Under the pieces are notes generated by a model that had not been told where the DNA came from, searched no databases, and worked only from the letters and a program-made list of their open reading frames with translations. From NCBI GenBank assembly GCA_040954595.2, contig CM082576.2, positions 19,081,028-19,145,027 of the forward strand: a DNA stretch of 64,000 bases, given 5' to 3'. The translations under genes were made by a program, and so were the position numbers. The stretch's first letter is position 1, and each line of letters begins with the position of its first letter. Of this stretch, positions 48,201 to 63,200 are shown in pieces. The stretch comes from Balanoglossus misakiensis. Lineage: Eukaryota > Animalia > Hemichordata.

Positions 48201-51200
48201 TCTCAAAATTTCGTCGATTTTTGAAAAAAAATCATGGGTGAAAATCATCAAAAAATGACAAATTTTCGTCTTTGTAAAATCTCAAAATTTCGTCCATTTT
48301 TGAAAAAAAATCATGGGTAAAAATCATCAAAAATGACAAATTTTCGTCTTTGCAAAATCTCAAACTTTCGTCCATTTTTAAAAAACAATCATGGGGGAAA
48401 ATCATCAAAAAATGACAAATTTTCGATTTTGCAAAATCTCAAAATTTCGTCGATTTTTAAAAAAAAATCATGGGGGAAAATCATCAAAAAATGACACATT
48501 TTCGTCGACTTTGCAAAATCTCAAAATTTCGTCGATTTTTGAAAAAAATCATGGGGGAAAATCATGAAAAAATGACAAATTTTCCTCTTTGCAAAATCTC
48601 AAAATTTCGTCGATTTTTAAAAAAAGACATGGGTGAAAATCATCAAAAAATAACAAATTTTCGACTTTGCAAAATCTCAAAATTTCGTCCATTTTTGAAA
48701 AAAAATCATGGGTAAAAATCATCAAAAAATGACAAATTTTGAAAAGAAAACGGGTGAAAATCATCAAAAAATGACACATTTTCGACTTTGCAAAATCTCA
48801 AAATTTCGTCGATTTTTGAAAAAAAATAATGGGTGAAAATCATCAAAAAATGACAAATATTCGTCTTTGCAAAATCTCAAAATTTCGTCCATTTCTGAAA
48901 AAAAATTATGGGTAAAAATCATCAAAAATGACAAATTTTCATCTTTGCAAAATCTCAAAATTTCCTCGAGTTTTGAAAAAAATCATGGGGGAAAATCATG
49001 AAAAAATGACAAATTTTCCTCTTTGCAAAATCTCAAAATTTCGTCGATTTTTAAAAAAAGACATGGGTGAAAATCATCAAAAAATGACACATTTACGACT
49101 TTGCAAAATCTCAAAATTTCGTCGATTTTTGAAAAAAAATCATGGGTGAAAATCATCAAAAAATGACAAATTTTCGTCTTTGCAAAATCTCAAAATTTCG
49201 TCGATTTTTGAAAAAAAATTATGGGTAAAAATCATCAAAAATGACAAATTTTCATCTTTGCAAAATCTCAAATTTTCGTCGATTTTTGAAAAAAAAATCA
49301 TGGTTGGAAATCATCAAAAAATGACAAATTTTCCTCTTTGCAAAATCTCAAAATTTCGTCCATTTTTGAAAAAAAAATCATGGGTAAAAATCATCAAAAA
49401 TGACAAATTTTCGTCTTTGCAAAATCTCAAAATTTCGTCCATTTTTGAAAAAAAATCATGGGTAAAAATCATCAAAAATGACAAATTTTCGTCTTTGCAA
49501 AATCTCAAACTTTCGTCCATTTTTAAAAAACAATCATGGGGAAAATCATCAAAAAATGACAAATTTTCGATTTTGCAAAATCTCAAAATTTCGTCGATTT
49601 TTAAAAAAAAATTATGGGTAAAAATCATCAAAAATGACAAATTTTGAAAAAAAATCATTGTTGAAAATCATCACAAAATGACAAATTTTCCTCTTTGCAA
49701 AATCTCAAAATTTCGTCGATTTTTAAAAAAAGACATGGGTGAAAATCATCAAAAAATAACAAATTTTCGACTTTGCAAAATCTCAAAATTTCGTCCATTT
49801 TTGAAAAAAAATCATGGGTAAAAATCATCAAAAAATGACAAATTTTGAAAAAAAAACGGGTGAAAATCATCAAAAAATGACACATTTTCGACTTTGCAAA
49901 ATCTCAAAATTTCGTCGATTTTTGAAAACAAATCATGGGTGAAAATCATCAAAAAATGACAAATTTTCGTCTTTGCAAAATCTCAAATTTTGTCCATTTC
50001 TGAAAAAAAATTATGGGTAAAAATCATCAAAAATGACAAATTTTCATCTTTGCAAAATCTCAAATTTTCGTCGATTTTTGAAAAAAATCATGGTTGAAAA
50101 TCATCAAAAAATGACAAAATTTTCGACTTTGCAAAATCTCAAAATTTCGTCGATTTTTGAAAAAAATCATGGGGGAAAATCATGAAAAAATGACAAATTT
50201 TCCTCTGCAAAATCTCAAAATTTCGTCGATTTTTGAAAAAAAATCATGGGTGAAAATCATCAAAAAATGACAAATTTTCGTCTTTGCAAAATCTCAAATT
50301 TTCGTCGATTTTTGAAAAAAAATCATGGTTGAAAATCATCAAAAAATGACAAAATTTTCGACTTTGTAAAATCACAAAATTTCATCGATTTTGATAAAAA
50401 TCATAGGTTCGTCGATTTTTGAAAAAAAAACGGGTGAAAATCATCAAAAAATGACAAATTTTGAAAAAAAAACGAGTGAAAATCATCAAAAAATGACACA
50501 TTTTCGACTTTGTAAAATCACAAAATTTCGTCGATTTTGAAAAAAATCATAGGTTCGTCGATTTTTTTAAAAAAAACATGGGTGAAAATCATCAAAAAAT
50601 GACAAATTTTGAAAAAAAAAAAGGGTGAAAATCATCAAAAAATGACAAATTTTCGTCTTTGCAAAATCTCAACATTTCGTCCATTTTTGAAAAAAAATCA
50701 TGGGTGAAAATCATCAAAAAATGACAAATTTTCGTCTTTGCAAAATCTCAAATTTTCGTCGATTTTTGAAAAAAAATCATGGGTGAAAATCATCAAAAAA
50801 TGACAAATTTTCGTCTTTGCAAAATCTCAAAATTTCGTCCATTTTTGAAAAAAAATCATGGGTAAAAATCATCAAAAATGACAAATTTTCGTCTTTGCAA
50901 AATCTCAAATTTTCGTCGATTTTTGAAAAAAAATCATGGTTGAAAATCATCAAAAAATGACAAAATTTTCGACTTTGTAAAATCACAAAATTTCGTCGAT
51001 TTTGAAAAAAATCATAGGTTCGTCGATTTTTAAAAAAAAACCATGGGTGAAAATCATCAAAAAATGACCAATTTTGAAAAAAAAAACGGGTGAAAATCAT
51101 CAAAAAATGACACATTTTCCTCTGCAAAATCTCAAAATTTCGTCGTTTTTTGAAAAAAAATCATTAGTGAAAATCATCAAAAAATGACAAATTTTCGTCT

Positions 51201-54200
51201 TTGCAAAATCTCAAAATTTCGTCCATTTTTGAAAAAAAATCATGGGTAAAAATCATCAAAAATGACAAATTTTGAAAAAAAAACGGGTGAAAATCATCAA
51301 AAAATGACACATTTTCGTCGACTTTGCAAAATCTCAAAATTTCGTCGATTTTTGAAAAAAATCATGGGGGAAAATCATGAAAAAATGACAAATTTTCGTA
51401 TTTGCAAAATCTCAAAATTTCGTCGGTTTTTGAAAAATAATATGGGTGAAAATCATCAAAAAATGACAAATTTTCGACTTTGCAAAATCTCAAAATTTCG
51501 TCGGTTTTGAAAAAAATCATGGGTTCGTCGATTTTTTAAAATAAAAACATGGGTTAAAATCATCAAAAAATGACAAATGTTCGACTTTGCAAAATCAAAA
51601 AATTTCGTCGATTTTTGAAAAAAATCATGGGGGAAAATCATGAAAAAATGACAAATTTTCCTCTTTGCAAAATCTCAAAATTTCGTCGATTTTTAAAAAA
51701 AGACATGGGTGAAAATCATCAAAAAATAACAAATTTTCGACTTTGCAAAATCTCAAAATTTCGTCCATTTTTGAAAAAAAATCATGGGTAAAAATCATCA
51801 AAAAATGACAAATTTTCGTCTTTGCAAAATCTCACAATTTCGTCGATTTTTGAAAAAAATCATGTGTGAAAATCATCAAAAAATGACAAATTTTCGTCTT
51901 TGCAAAATCTCAAAATTTCGTCGGTTTTTAAAAAATAATATGGGTGAAAATCATCAAAAAATGACAAATTTTTGACTGCAAAATTTCAACATTTAGTCGA
52001 TTTTTGAAAAAAATCATGGGTGAAAATCATCAAAAAATGACAAATTTTCGACTTTGCAAAATCTCAAAATTTCGTCGGTTTTGAAAAAAATCATGGGTTC
52101 GTCGATTTTTTTAAATAAAAACATGGGTGAAAGTCATCAAAAAATGACAAATGTTCGACTTTGCAAAATCTAAAAATTTTGTCGATTTTTGAAAAAAAAT
52201 CATGGGTGAAAATCATCAAAAAATGACAAATTTTCGACTTTGTAAAATCTAACAATTTCGTCGATTTTGAAAAAAATCATAGGTTCGTCGATTTTTTAAA
52301 AAAAAACATGGGTGAAAATCATCAAAAAATGACAAATTTTGAAAAAAAACGGGTGAAAATCATCAAAAAATGACCTATTTTCGTCGACTTTGCAAAATCT
52401 CAAAATTTCGTCGATTTTTGAAAAAAAATCATGGGTGAAAATCATCAAAAAATGACAAATTTTCGACTTTGCAAAATCTGAAAATTTCGTCGATTTGTGA
52501 GAAAAATCATGGTTGGAAATCATCAAAAAATGACAAATTTTCCTCTTTGCAAAATCTCAAAATTTCGTCCATTTTTGAAAAAAAAATCATGGGTAAAAAT
52601 CATCAAAAATGACAAATTTTCGTCTTTGCAAAATCTCAAATTTTCGTCGATTTTTGAAAAAAAATCATGGTTGAAAATCATCAAAAAATGACAAAATTTA
52701 CGACTTTGTAAAATCACAAAATTTCGTCGATTTTGAAAAAAATCATAGGTTCGTCGATTTTTTAAAAAAAAACATGGGTGAAAATCATCAAAAAATGACA
52801 AATTTAAAAAAAAAACGGGTGAAAATCATCAAAAAATGACACATTTACGACTTTGCAAAATCTCAAAATTTCGTCGATTTTTGAAAAAAAATCATGGGTG
52901 AAAATCATCAAAAAATGACAAATTTTCGTCTTTGTAAAATCTCAAAATTTCGTCCATTTTTGAAAAAAAATCATGGGTAAAAATCATCAAAAATGACAAA
53001 TTTTCGTCTTTGCAAAATCTCAAACTTTCGTCCATTTTTAAAAAACAATCATGGGGGAAAATCATCAAAAAATGACAAATTTTCGATTTTGCAAAATCTC
53101 AAAATTTCGTCGATTTTTAAAAAAAAATCATGGGGGAAAATCATCAAAAAATGACACATTTTCGTCGACTTTGCAAAATCTCAAAATTTCGTCGATTTTT
53201 GAAAAAAATCATGGGGGAAAATCATGAAAAAATGACAAATTTTCCTCTTTGCAAAATCTCAAAATTTCGTCGATTTTTAAAAAAAGACATGGGTGAAAAT
53301 CATCAAAAAATAACAAATTTTCGACTTTGCAAAATCTCAAAATTTCGTCCATTTTTGAAAAAAAATCATGGGTAAAAATCATCAAAAAATGACAAATTTT
53401 GAAAAGAAAACGGGTGAAAATCATCAAAAAATGACACATTTTCGACTTTGCAAAATCTCAAAATTTCGTCGATTTTTGAAAAAAAATAATGGGTGAAAAT
53501 CATCAAAAAATGACAAATATTCGTCTTTGCAAAATCTCAAAATTTCGTCCATTTCTGAAAAAAAATTATGGGTAAAAATCATCAAAAATGACAAATTTTC
53601 ATCTTTGCAAAATCTCAAAATTTCCTCGAGTTTTGAAAAAAATCATGGGGGAAAATCATGAAAAAATGACAAATTTTCCTCTTTGCAAAATCTCAAAATT
53701 TCGTCGATTTTTAAAAAAAGACATGGGTGAAAATCATCAAAAAATGACACATTTACGACTTTGCAAAATCTCAAAATTTCGTCGATTTTTGAAAAAAAAT
53801 CATGGGTGAAAATCATCAAAAAATGACAAATTTTCGTCTTTGCAAAATCTCAAAATTTCGTCGATTTTTGAAAAAAAATTATGGGTAAAAATCATCAAAA
53901 ATGACAAATTTTCATCTTTGCAAAATCTCAAATTTTCGTCGATTTTTGAAAAAAAAATCATGGTTGGAAATCATCAAAAAATGACAAATTTTCCTCTTTG
54001 CAAAATCTCAAAATTTCGTCCATTTTTGAAAAAAAAATCATGGGTAAAAATCATCAAAAATGACAAATTTTCGTCTTTGCAAAATCTCAAAATTTCGTCC
54101 ATTTTTGAAAAAAAATCATGGGTAAAAATCATCAAAAATGACAAATTTTCGTCTTTGCAAAATCTCAAACTTTCGTCCATTTTTAAAAAACAATCATGGG

Positions 54201-57200
54201 GAAAATCATCAAAAAATGACAAATTTTCGATTTTGCAAAATCTCAAAATTTCGTCGATTTTTAAAAAAAAATTATGGGTAAAAATCATCAAAAATGACAA
54301 ATTTTGAAAAAAAATCATTGTTGAAAATCATCACAAAATGACAAATTTTCCTCTTTGCAAAATCTCAAAATTTCGTCGATTTTTAAAAAAAGACATGGGT
54401 GAAAATCATCAAAAAATAACAAATTTTCGACTTTGCAAAATCTCAAAATTTCGTCCATTTTTGAAAAAAAATCATGGGTAAAAATCATCAAAAAATGACA
54501 AATTTTGAAAAAAAAACGGGTGAAAATCATCAAAAAATGACACATTTTCGACTTTGCAAAATCTCAAAATTTCGTCGATTTTTGAAAACAAATCATGGGT
54601 GAAAATCATCAAAAAATGACAAATTTTCGTCTTTGCAAAATCTCAAATTTTGTCCATTTCTGAAAAAAAATTATGGGTAAAAATCATCAAAAATGACAAA
54701 TTTTCATCTTTGCAAAATCTCAAATTTTCGTCGATTTTTGAAAAAAATCATGGTTGAAAATCATCAAAAAATGACAAAATTTTCGACTTTGCAAAATCTC
54801 AAAATTTCGTCGATTTTTGAAAAAAATCATGGGGGAAAATCATGAAAAAATGACAAATTTTCCTCTGCAAAATCTCAAAATTTCGTCGATTTTTGAAAAA
54901 AAAACATGGGTGAAAATCATCAAAAAATGACAAATTTTCGTCTTTGCAAAATCTCAAATTTTCGTCGATTTTTGAAAAAAAATCATGGTTGAAAATCATC
55001 AAAAAATGACAAAATTTTCGACTTTGTAAAATCACAAAATTTCATCGATTTTGATAAAAATCATAGGTTCGTCGATTTTTGAAAAAAAAACGGGTGAAAA
55101 TCATCAAAAAATGACAAATTTTGAAAAAAAAACGAGTGAAAATCATCAAAAAATGACACATTTTCGACTTTGTAAAATCACAAAATTTCGTCGATTTTGA
55201 AAAAAATCATAGGTTCGTCGATTTTTTTAAAAAAAACATGGGTGAAAATCATCAAAAAATGACAAATTTTGAAAAAAAAAAAGGGTGAAAATCATCAAAA
55301 AATGACAAATTTTCGTCTTTGCAAAATCTCAACATTTCGTCCATTTTTGAAAAAAAATCATGGGTGAAAATCATCAAAAAATGACAAATTTTCGTCTTTG
55401 CAAAATCTCAAATTTTCGTCGATTTTTGAAAAAAAATCATGGGTGAAAATCATCAAAAAATGACAAATTTTCGTCTTTGCAAAATCTCAAAATTTCGTCC
55501 ATTTTTGAAAAAAAATCATGGGTAAAAATCATCAAAAATGACAAATTTTCGTCTTTGCAAAATCTCAAATTTTCGTCGATTTTTGAAAAAAAATCATGGT
55601 TGAAAATCATCAAAAAATGACAAAATTTTCGACTTTGTAAAATCACAAAATTTCGTCGATTTTGAAAAAAATCATAGGTTCGTCGATTTTTAAAAAAAAA
55701 CCATGGGTGAAAATCATCAAAAAATGACCAATTTTGAAAAAAAAAACGGGTGAAAATCATCAAAAAATGACACATTTTCCTCTGCAAAATCTCAAAATTT
55801 CGTCGTTTTTTGAAAAAAAATCATTAGTGAAAATCATCAAAAAATGACAAATTTTCGTCTTTGCAAAATCTCAAAATTTCGTCCATTTTTGAAAAAAAAT
55901 CATGGGTAAAAATCATCAAAAATGACAAATTTTGAAAAAAAAACGGGTGAAAATCATCAAAAAATGACACATTTTCGTCGACTTTGCAAAATCTCAAAAT
56001 TTCGTCGATTTTTGAAAAAAATCATGGGGGAAAATCATGAAAAAATGACAAATTTTCGTATTTGCAAAATCTCAAAATTTCGTCGGTTTTTGAAAAATAA
56101 TATGGGTGAAAATCATCAAAAAATGACAAATTTTCGACTTTGCAAAATCTCAAAATTTCGTCGGTTTTGAAAAAAATCATGGGTTCGTCGATTTTTTAAA
56201 ATAAAAACATGGGTTAAAATCATCAAAAAATGACAAATGTTCGACTTTGCAAAATCAAAAAATTTCGTCGATTTTTGAAAAAAATCATGGGGGAAAATCA
56301 TGAAAAAATGACAAATTTTCCTCTTTGCAAAATCTCAAAATTTCGTCGATTTTTAAAAAAAGACATGGGTGAAAATCATCAAAAAATAACAAATTTTCGA
56401 CTTTGCAAAATCTCAAAATTTCGTCCATTTTTGAAAAAAAATCATGGGTAAAAATCATCAAAAAATGACAAATTTTCGTCTTTGCAAAATCTCACAATTT
56501 CGTCGATTTTTGAAAAAAATCATGTGTGAAAATCATCAAAAAATGACAAATTTTCGTCTTTGCAAAATCTCAAAATTTCGTCCATTTTTGAAAAAAAATC
56601 ATGGGTAAAAATCATCAAAAATGACAAATTTTCGTCTTTGCAAAATCTCAAATTTTCGTCGATTTTTGAAAAAAAATCATGGTTGAAAATCATCAAAAAA
56701 TGACAAAATTTTCGACTTTGTAAAATCACAAAATTTCGTCGATTTTGAAAAAAATCATAGGTTCGTCGATTTTTTAAAAAAAAACATGGGTGAAAATCAT
56801 CAAAAAATGACAAATTTTGAAAAAAAACGGGTGAAAATCATCAAAAAATGACCTATTTTCGTCGACTTTGCAAAATCTCACAATTTCGTCGATTTTTGAA
56901 AAAAAATCATGTGTGAAAATCATCAAAAAATGACAAATTTTCGTCTTTGCAAAATCTCAACATTTCGTCCATTTTAAAAAAAAAACGGGGGAAAATCATC
57001 AAAAAATGACAAATTTTCGACTTTGCAAAATCTCAAAATTTCGTCGATTTTTGAAAAAAATCATGGGTGAAAATCATCAAAAAATGACAAATTTTCGACT
57101 TTGCAAAATCTCAAAATTTCGTCAATTTTTGAAAAAATCATGGGTGAAAATCATCAAAAATGACAAATTTTCGACTTCGCAAAATCTCAAAATTTCGTCG

Positions 57201-60200
57201 ATTTTTAAAAAAAGACATGGGTGAAAATCATCAAAAAATGACAAATTTTCGACTTTGTAAAATCTCACAATTTCGTCGATTTTGAAAAAAATCATAGGTT
57301 CGTCGATTTTTTAAAAAAAAACATGGGTGAAAATCATCACAAAATGACAAATTTTGAAAAAAAAACGGGCGAAAATCATCAAAAAATGACAAATTTTCGA
57401 CTTTGCAAAATCTCAAAATTTCGTCAATTTTTGAAAAAATCATGGGTGAAAATCATCACAAAATGACAAATTTTGAAAAAAAAACGGGTGAAAATCATCA
57501 AAAAATGACAAATTTTCGTCTTTGCAAAATCTCAAAATTTCGTCCATTTTAAAAAAAAAAACGGGGGAAAATCATCAAAAAATGACAAATTTTCGACTTT
57601 GCAAAATCTCAAAATTTCGTCAATTTTTGAAAAAATCATTGGTGAAAATCATCAAAAAATGACAAATTTTCGTCTTTGCAAAATCTCAAAATTTCGTCGG
57701 TTTTTAAAAAATAATATGGGTGAAAATCATCAAAAAATGACAAATTTTTGACTGCAAAATTTCAACATTTAGTCGATTTTTGAAAAAAATCATGGGTGAA
57801 AATCATCAAAAAATGACAAATTTTCGACTTTGCAAAATCTCAAAATTTCGTCGGTTTTGAAAAAAATCATGGGTTCGTCGATTTTTTTAAATAAAAACAT
57901 GGGTGAAAGTCATCAAAAAATGACAAATGTTCGACTTTGCAAAATCTAAAAATTTTGTCGATTTTTGAAAAAAAATCATGGGTGAAAATCATCAAAAAAT
58001 GACAAATTTTCGACTTTGTAAAATCTAACAATTTCGTCGATTTTGAAAAAAATCATAGGTTCGTCGATTTTTTAAAAAAAAACATGGTGAAAATCATCAA
58101 AAAATGACAAATTTTGAAAAAAAACGGGTGAAAATCATCAAAAAATGACCTATTTTCGTCGACTTTGCAAAATCTCAAAATTTCGTCGATTTTTGAAAAA
58201 AAATCATGGGTGAAAATCATCAAAAAATGACAAATTTTCGACTTTGCAAAATCTGAAAATTTCGTCGATTTGTGAGAAAAATCATGGGTGAAAATCATCA
58301 AAAAATGACAAATTTTCGACTTTGCAAAATTTGAAAATTTCGTCGATTTTTGAGAAAAATCATGGGTGAAAATCATCAAAAAAATGACAAATTTTCGACT
58401 TTGCAAAATCTCAAAATTTCGTCGATTTTTGAAAAAAATCATGGGGGAAAATGATCAAAAAATGACAAATTTTCGACTGCAAAATCTCAAAATTTCGTCA
58501 ATTTTGAAAAAAATCATGGGTGAAAATCATGAAAAAATGACAATTTTTTTACTGCAAAATCTCAAAATTTCATCGATTTTTGAAAAAAATCATGGGTGAA
58601 AATCATCAAAAAATGACAAATTTTCGACTTTGCAAAATTTGAAAATTTCGTCGATTTTTGAGAAAAATCATGGGTGAAAATCATCAAAAAATGACAAATT
58701 TTCGACTTTGCAAAATCTCAAATTTTCGTCGATTTTTGAAAAAAATCATGGGGGAAAATGATCAAAAAATGACAAATTTTCGACTGCAAAATCTCAAAAT
58801 TTCGTCAATTTTGAAAAAAATCATGGGTGAAAATCATGAAAAAATGACAATTTTTTTACTGCAAAATCTCAAAATTTCATCGATTTTTGAAAAAAATCAT
58901 GGGTGAAAATCATCAAAAAATGACAAATTTTCGACTTTGCAAAATCTCAAAATTTCGTCGATTTTTGAAGAAAATCAAGGGTGAAAATCATCAAAAAATG
59001 ACAAATTTTCGACTTTGCAAAATCTCAAAATTTCGTCGATTTTTGAAAAAAATAATGGGGAAAATGATCAAAAAATGACAAATTTTCGACTGCAACATTT
59101 CAAAATTTCGTCAATTTTGAAAAAAATCATGGGGGAAAATCATGAAAAAATGACAAATTTTCCTCTTTGCAAAATCTCAAAATTTCGTCGATTTTTAAAA
59201 AAAGACATGGGTGAAAATCATCAAAAAATAACAAATTTTCGACTTTGCAAAATCTCAAAATTTCGTCCATTTTTGAAAAAAAATCATGGGTAAAAATCAT
59301 CAAAAAATGACAAATTTTGAAAAGAAAACGGGTGAAAATCATCAAAAAATGACACATTTTCGACTTTGCAAAATCTCAAAATTTCGTCGATTTTTGAAAA
59401 AAAATCATGGGTGAAAATCATCAAAAAATGACAAATATTCGTCTTTGCAAAATCTCAAAATTTCGTCCATTTCTGAAACAAAATTATGGGTAAAAATCAT
59501 CAAAAATGACAAATTTTCATCTTTGCAAAATCTCAAAATTTCCTCGAGTTTTGAAAAAAATCATGGGGGAAAATCATGAAAAAATGACAAATTTTCCTCT
59601 TTGCAAAATCTCAAAATTTCGTCGATTTTTAAAAAAAGACATGGGTGAAAATCATCAAAAAAATAACAAATTTTCGACTTTGCAAAATCTCAAAATTTCG
59701 TCCATTTTTGAAAAAAAATCATGGGTAAAAATCATCAAAAAATGACAAATTTTGAAAAAAAAACGGGGTGAAAATCATCAAAAAATGACACATTTTCGAC
59801 TTTGCAAAATCTCAAAATTTCGTCGATTTTTGAAAAAAAATCATGGGTGAAAATCATCAAAAAATGACAAATTTTCGTCTTTGCAAAATCTCAAATTTTT
59901 GTCCATTTCTGAAAAAAATTATGGGTAAAAATCATCAAAAATGACAAATTTTCATCTTTGCAAAATCTCAAATTTTCGTCGATTTTTGAAAAAAATCATG
60001 GTTGAAAATCATCAAAAAATGACAAAATTTTCGACTTTGGCAAAATCTCAAAATTTCGTCGATTTTTGAAAAAAATCATGGGGGAAAATCATGAAAAAAT
60101 GACAAATTTTCCTCTTTGCAAAATCTCAAAATTTCGTCGATTTTTGAAAAAAAATCATGGGTGAAAATCATCAAAAAATGACAAATTTTCGTCTTTGCAA

Positions 60201-63200
60201 AATCTCAAATTTTCGTCGATTTTTGAAAAAAAATCATGGTTGAAAATCATCAAAAAATGACAAAATTTTCGACTTTGTAAAATCACAAAATTTCGTCGAT
60301 TTTGAAAAAAATCATAGGTTCGTCGATTTTTGAAAAAAAAACGGGTGAAAATCATCAAAAAATGACACATTTTCGACTTTGCAAAATCTCAAAATTTCGT
60401 CGATTTTTGAAAAAAAAACGGGTGAAAATCATCAAAAAATGACAAATTTTGAAAAAAAAACGGGTGAAAATCATCAAAAAATGACACATTTTCGACTTTG
60501 TAAAATCACAAAATTTCGTCGATTTGAAAAAAATCATAGGTTCGTCGATTTTTTAAAAAAAAACATGGGTGAAAATCATCAAAAAATGACAAATTTTGAA
60601 AAAAAACGGGTGAAAATCATCAAAAAATGACAAATTTTCGTCTTTGCAAAATCTCAAAATTTCGTCCATTTTTGAAAAAAATCATGGGTGAAAATCATCA
60701 AAAAATGACAAATTTTCGTCTTTGCAAAATCTCAAAATTTCGTCCATTTCTGAAAAAAAATTATGGGTAAAAATCATCAAAAATGACAAATTTTCATCTT
60801 TGCAAAATCTCAAATTTTCGTCGATTTTTGAAAAAAAATCATGGGTGAAAATCATCAAAAAATGACAAATTTTCGTCTTTGCAAAATCTCAAAATTTCGT
60901 CCATTTTTGAAAAAAAATCATGGGTGAAAATCATCAAAAAATGACAAATTTTCGTCTTTGCAAAATCTCAAAATTTCGTCCATTTTTGAAAAAAAATCAT
61001 GGGTAAAAATCATCAAAAATGACAAATTTTCGTCTTTGCAAAATCTCAAATTTTCGTCGATTTTTGAAAAAAAATCATGGTTGAAAATCATCAAAAAATG
61101 ACAAAATTTTCGACTTTGTAAAATCACAAAATTTCGTCGATTTTGAAAAAAATCATAGGTTCGTCGATTTTTTAAAAAAAAACATGGGTGAAAATCATCA
61201 AAAAATGACAAATTTTGAAAAAAAACGGGTGAAAATCATCAAAAAATGACCTATTTCGTCGACTTTGCAAAATCTCACAATTTTCGTCGATTTTTGAAAA
61301 AAAATCATGTGTGAAAATCATCAAAAAATGACAAATTTTCGTCTTTGCAAAATCTCAACATTTCGTCCATTTAAAAAAAAACGGGGGGAAAATCATCAAA
61401 AAATGACAAATTTTCGACTTTGCAAAATCTCAAAATTTCGTCGATTTTTGAAAAAAATCATGGGTGAAAATCATCAAAAAATGACAAATTTTCGACTTTG
61501 CAAAATCTCAAAATTTCGTCAATTTTTGAAAAATCATGGGTGAAAATCATCAAAATGACAAATTTTCGACTTCGCAAAATCTCAAAATTTCGTCGATTTT
61601 TAAAAAAAGACATGGGTGAAAATCATCAAAAAATGACAAATTTTCGACTTTGTAAAATCTCACAATTTCGTCGATTTTGAAAAAAATCATGGGTGAAAAT
61701 CATCAAAAAATGACAAATTTTCAACTTCGCAAAATCTCAAATTTCGTCGATTTTTAAAAAAAGACATGGGTGAAAATCATCAAAAAATGACAAATTTTCG
61801 ACTTTGTAAAATCTCACAATTTCGTCGATTTTGAAAAAAATCATAGGTTCGTCGATTTTTAAAAAAAAAACATGGGTGAAAATCATCACAAAATGACAAA
61901 TTTTGAAAAAAAAACGGGCGAAAATCATCAAAAAATGACAAATTTTCGACTTTGGCAAAATCTCAAAATTTCGTCAATTTTGAAAAAATCATGGGTGAAA
62001 ATCATCACAAAATGACAAATTTGAAAAAAAAACGGGTGAAAATCATCAAAAAATGACAAATTTTCGTCTTTGCAAAATCTCAAAATTTCGTCCATTTTAA
62101 AAAAAAAAACGGGGGAAAATCATCAAAAAATGACAAATTTTCGACTTTGCAAAATCTCAAAATTTCGTCAATTTTTGAAAAAATCATTGGTGAAAATCAT
62201 CAAAAAAATGACAAATTTTCGTCTTTGCATCTCAAAATTTCGTCGGTTTTTAAAAAATAATATGGGTGAAAATCATCAAAAAATGACAAATTTTTGACTG
62301 CAAAATTTCAACATTTAGTCGATTTTTGAAAAAAATCATGGGTGAAAATCATCAAAAAATGACAAATTTTCGACTTTGCAAAATCTCAAAATTTCGTCGG
62401 TTTTGAAAAAAATCATGGGTTCGTCGATTTTTTTAAATAAAAACATGGGTGAAAGTCATCAAAAAATGACAAATGTTCGACTTTGCAAAATCTAAAAATT
62501 TTGTCGATTTTTGAAAAAAAATCATGGGTGAAAATCATCAAAAAATGACAAATTTTCGACTTTGTAAAATCTAACAATTTCGTCGATTTTGAAAAAAATC
62601 ATAGGTTCGTCGATTTTTTAAAAAAAACATGGGTGAAAATCATCAAAAAATGACAAATTTTCCTCTTTGCAAAATCTCAAAATTTCGTCGATTTTTTGAA
62701 AAATTTTCAACTTTGCAAAATCTCAAAATTTCGTTGATTTTTGAAAAAAATCATGGGGGAAAATCATCAAAAATGACAAATTTACGACTACAAAATCTCA
62801 AAATTTCGTCGATTTGTGAAAAAAATCATGGGTGAAAATCATCAAAAAATGACAAATTTTCGACTGCAAAATCTCAAAATTTCGTCGATTTTTGAAATAA
62901 ATCATTGTTGAAAATTATCAAAAAATGACAAATTTTCCTCTTTGCAAAATCTATAAATTTCGTCGATTTTTGAAAAATTTTCAACTTTGCAAAATCTCAA
63001 AATTTCGTCGATTTTTGAAAAAAATCATGGGGGAAAATCATCAAAAATGACAAATTTTTGACTGAAAAATCTCAAATTTTCGTCGATTTTTTAAAAAAAT
63101 TGTTGAAAATCATCAAAAAATGACAAATTTTTGACTTTGCAAAATCTCAAAATTTCGTCAATTTTGAAAAAAATCATGGGTGAAAATCATCAAAAAATGA

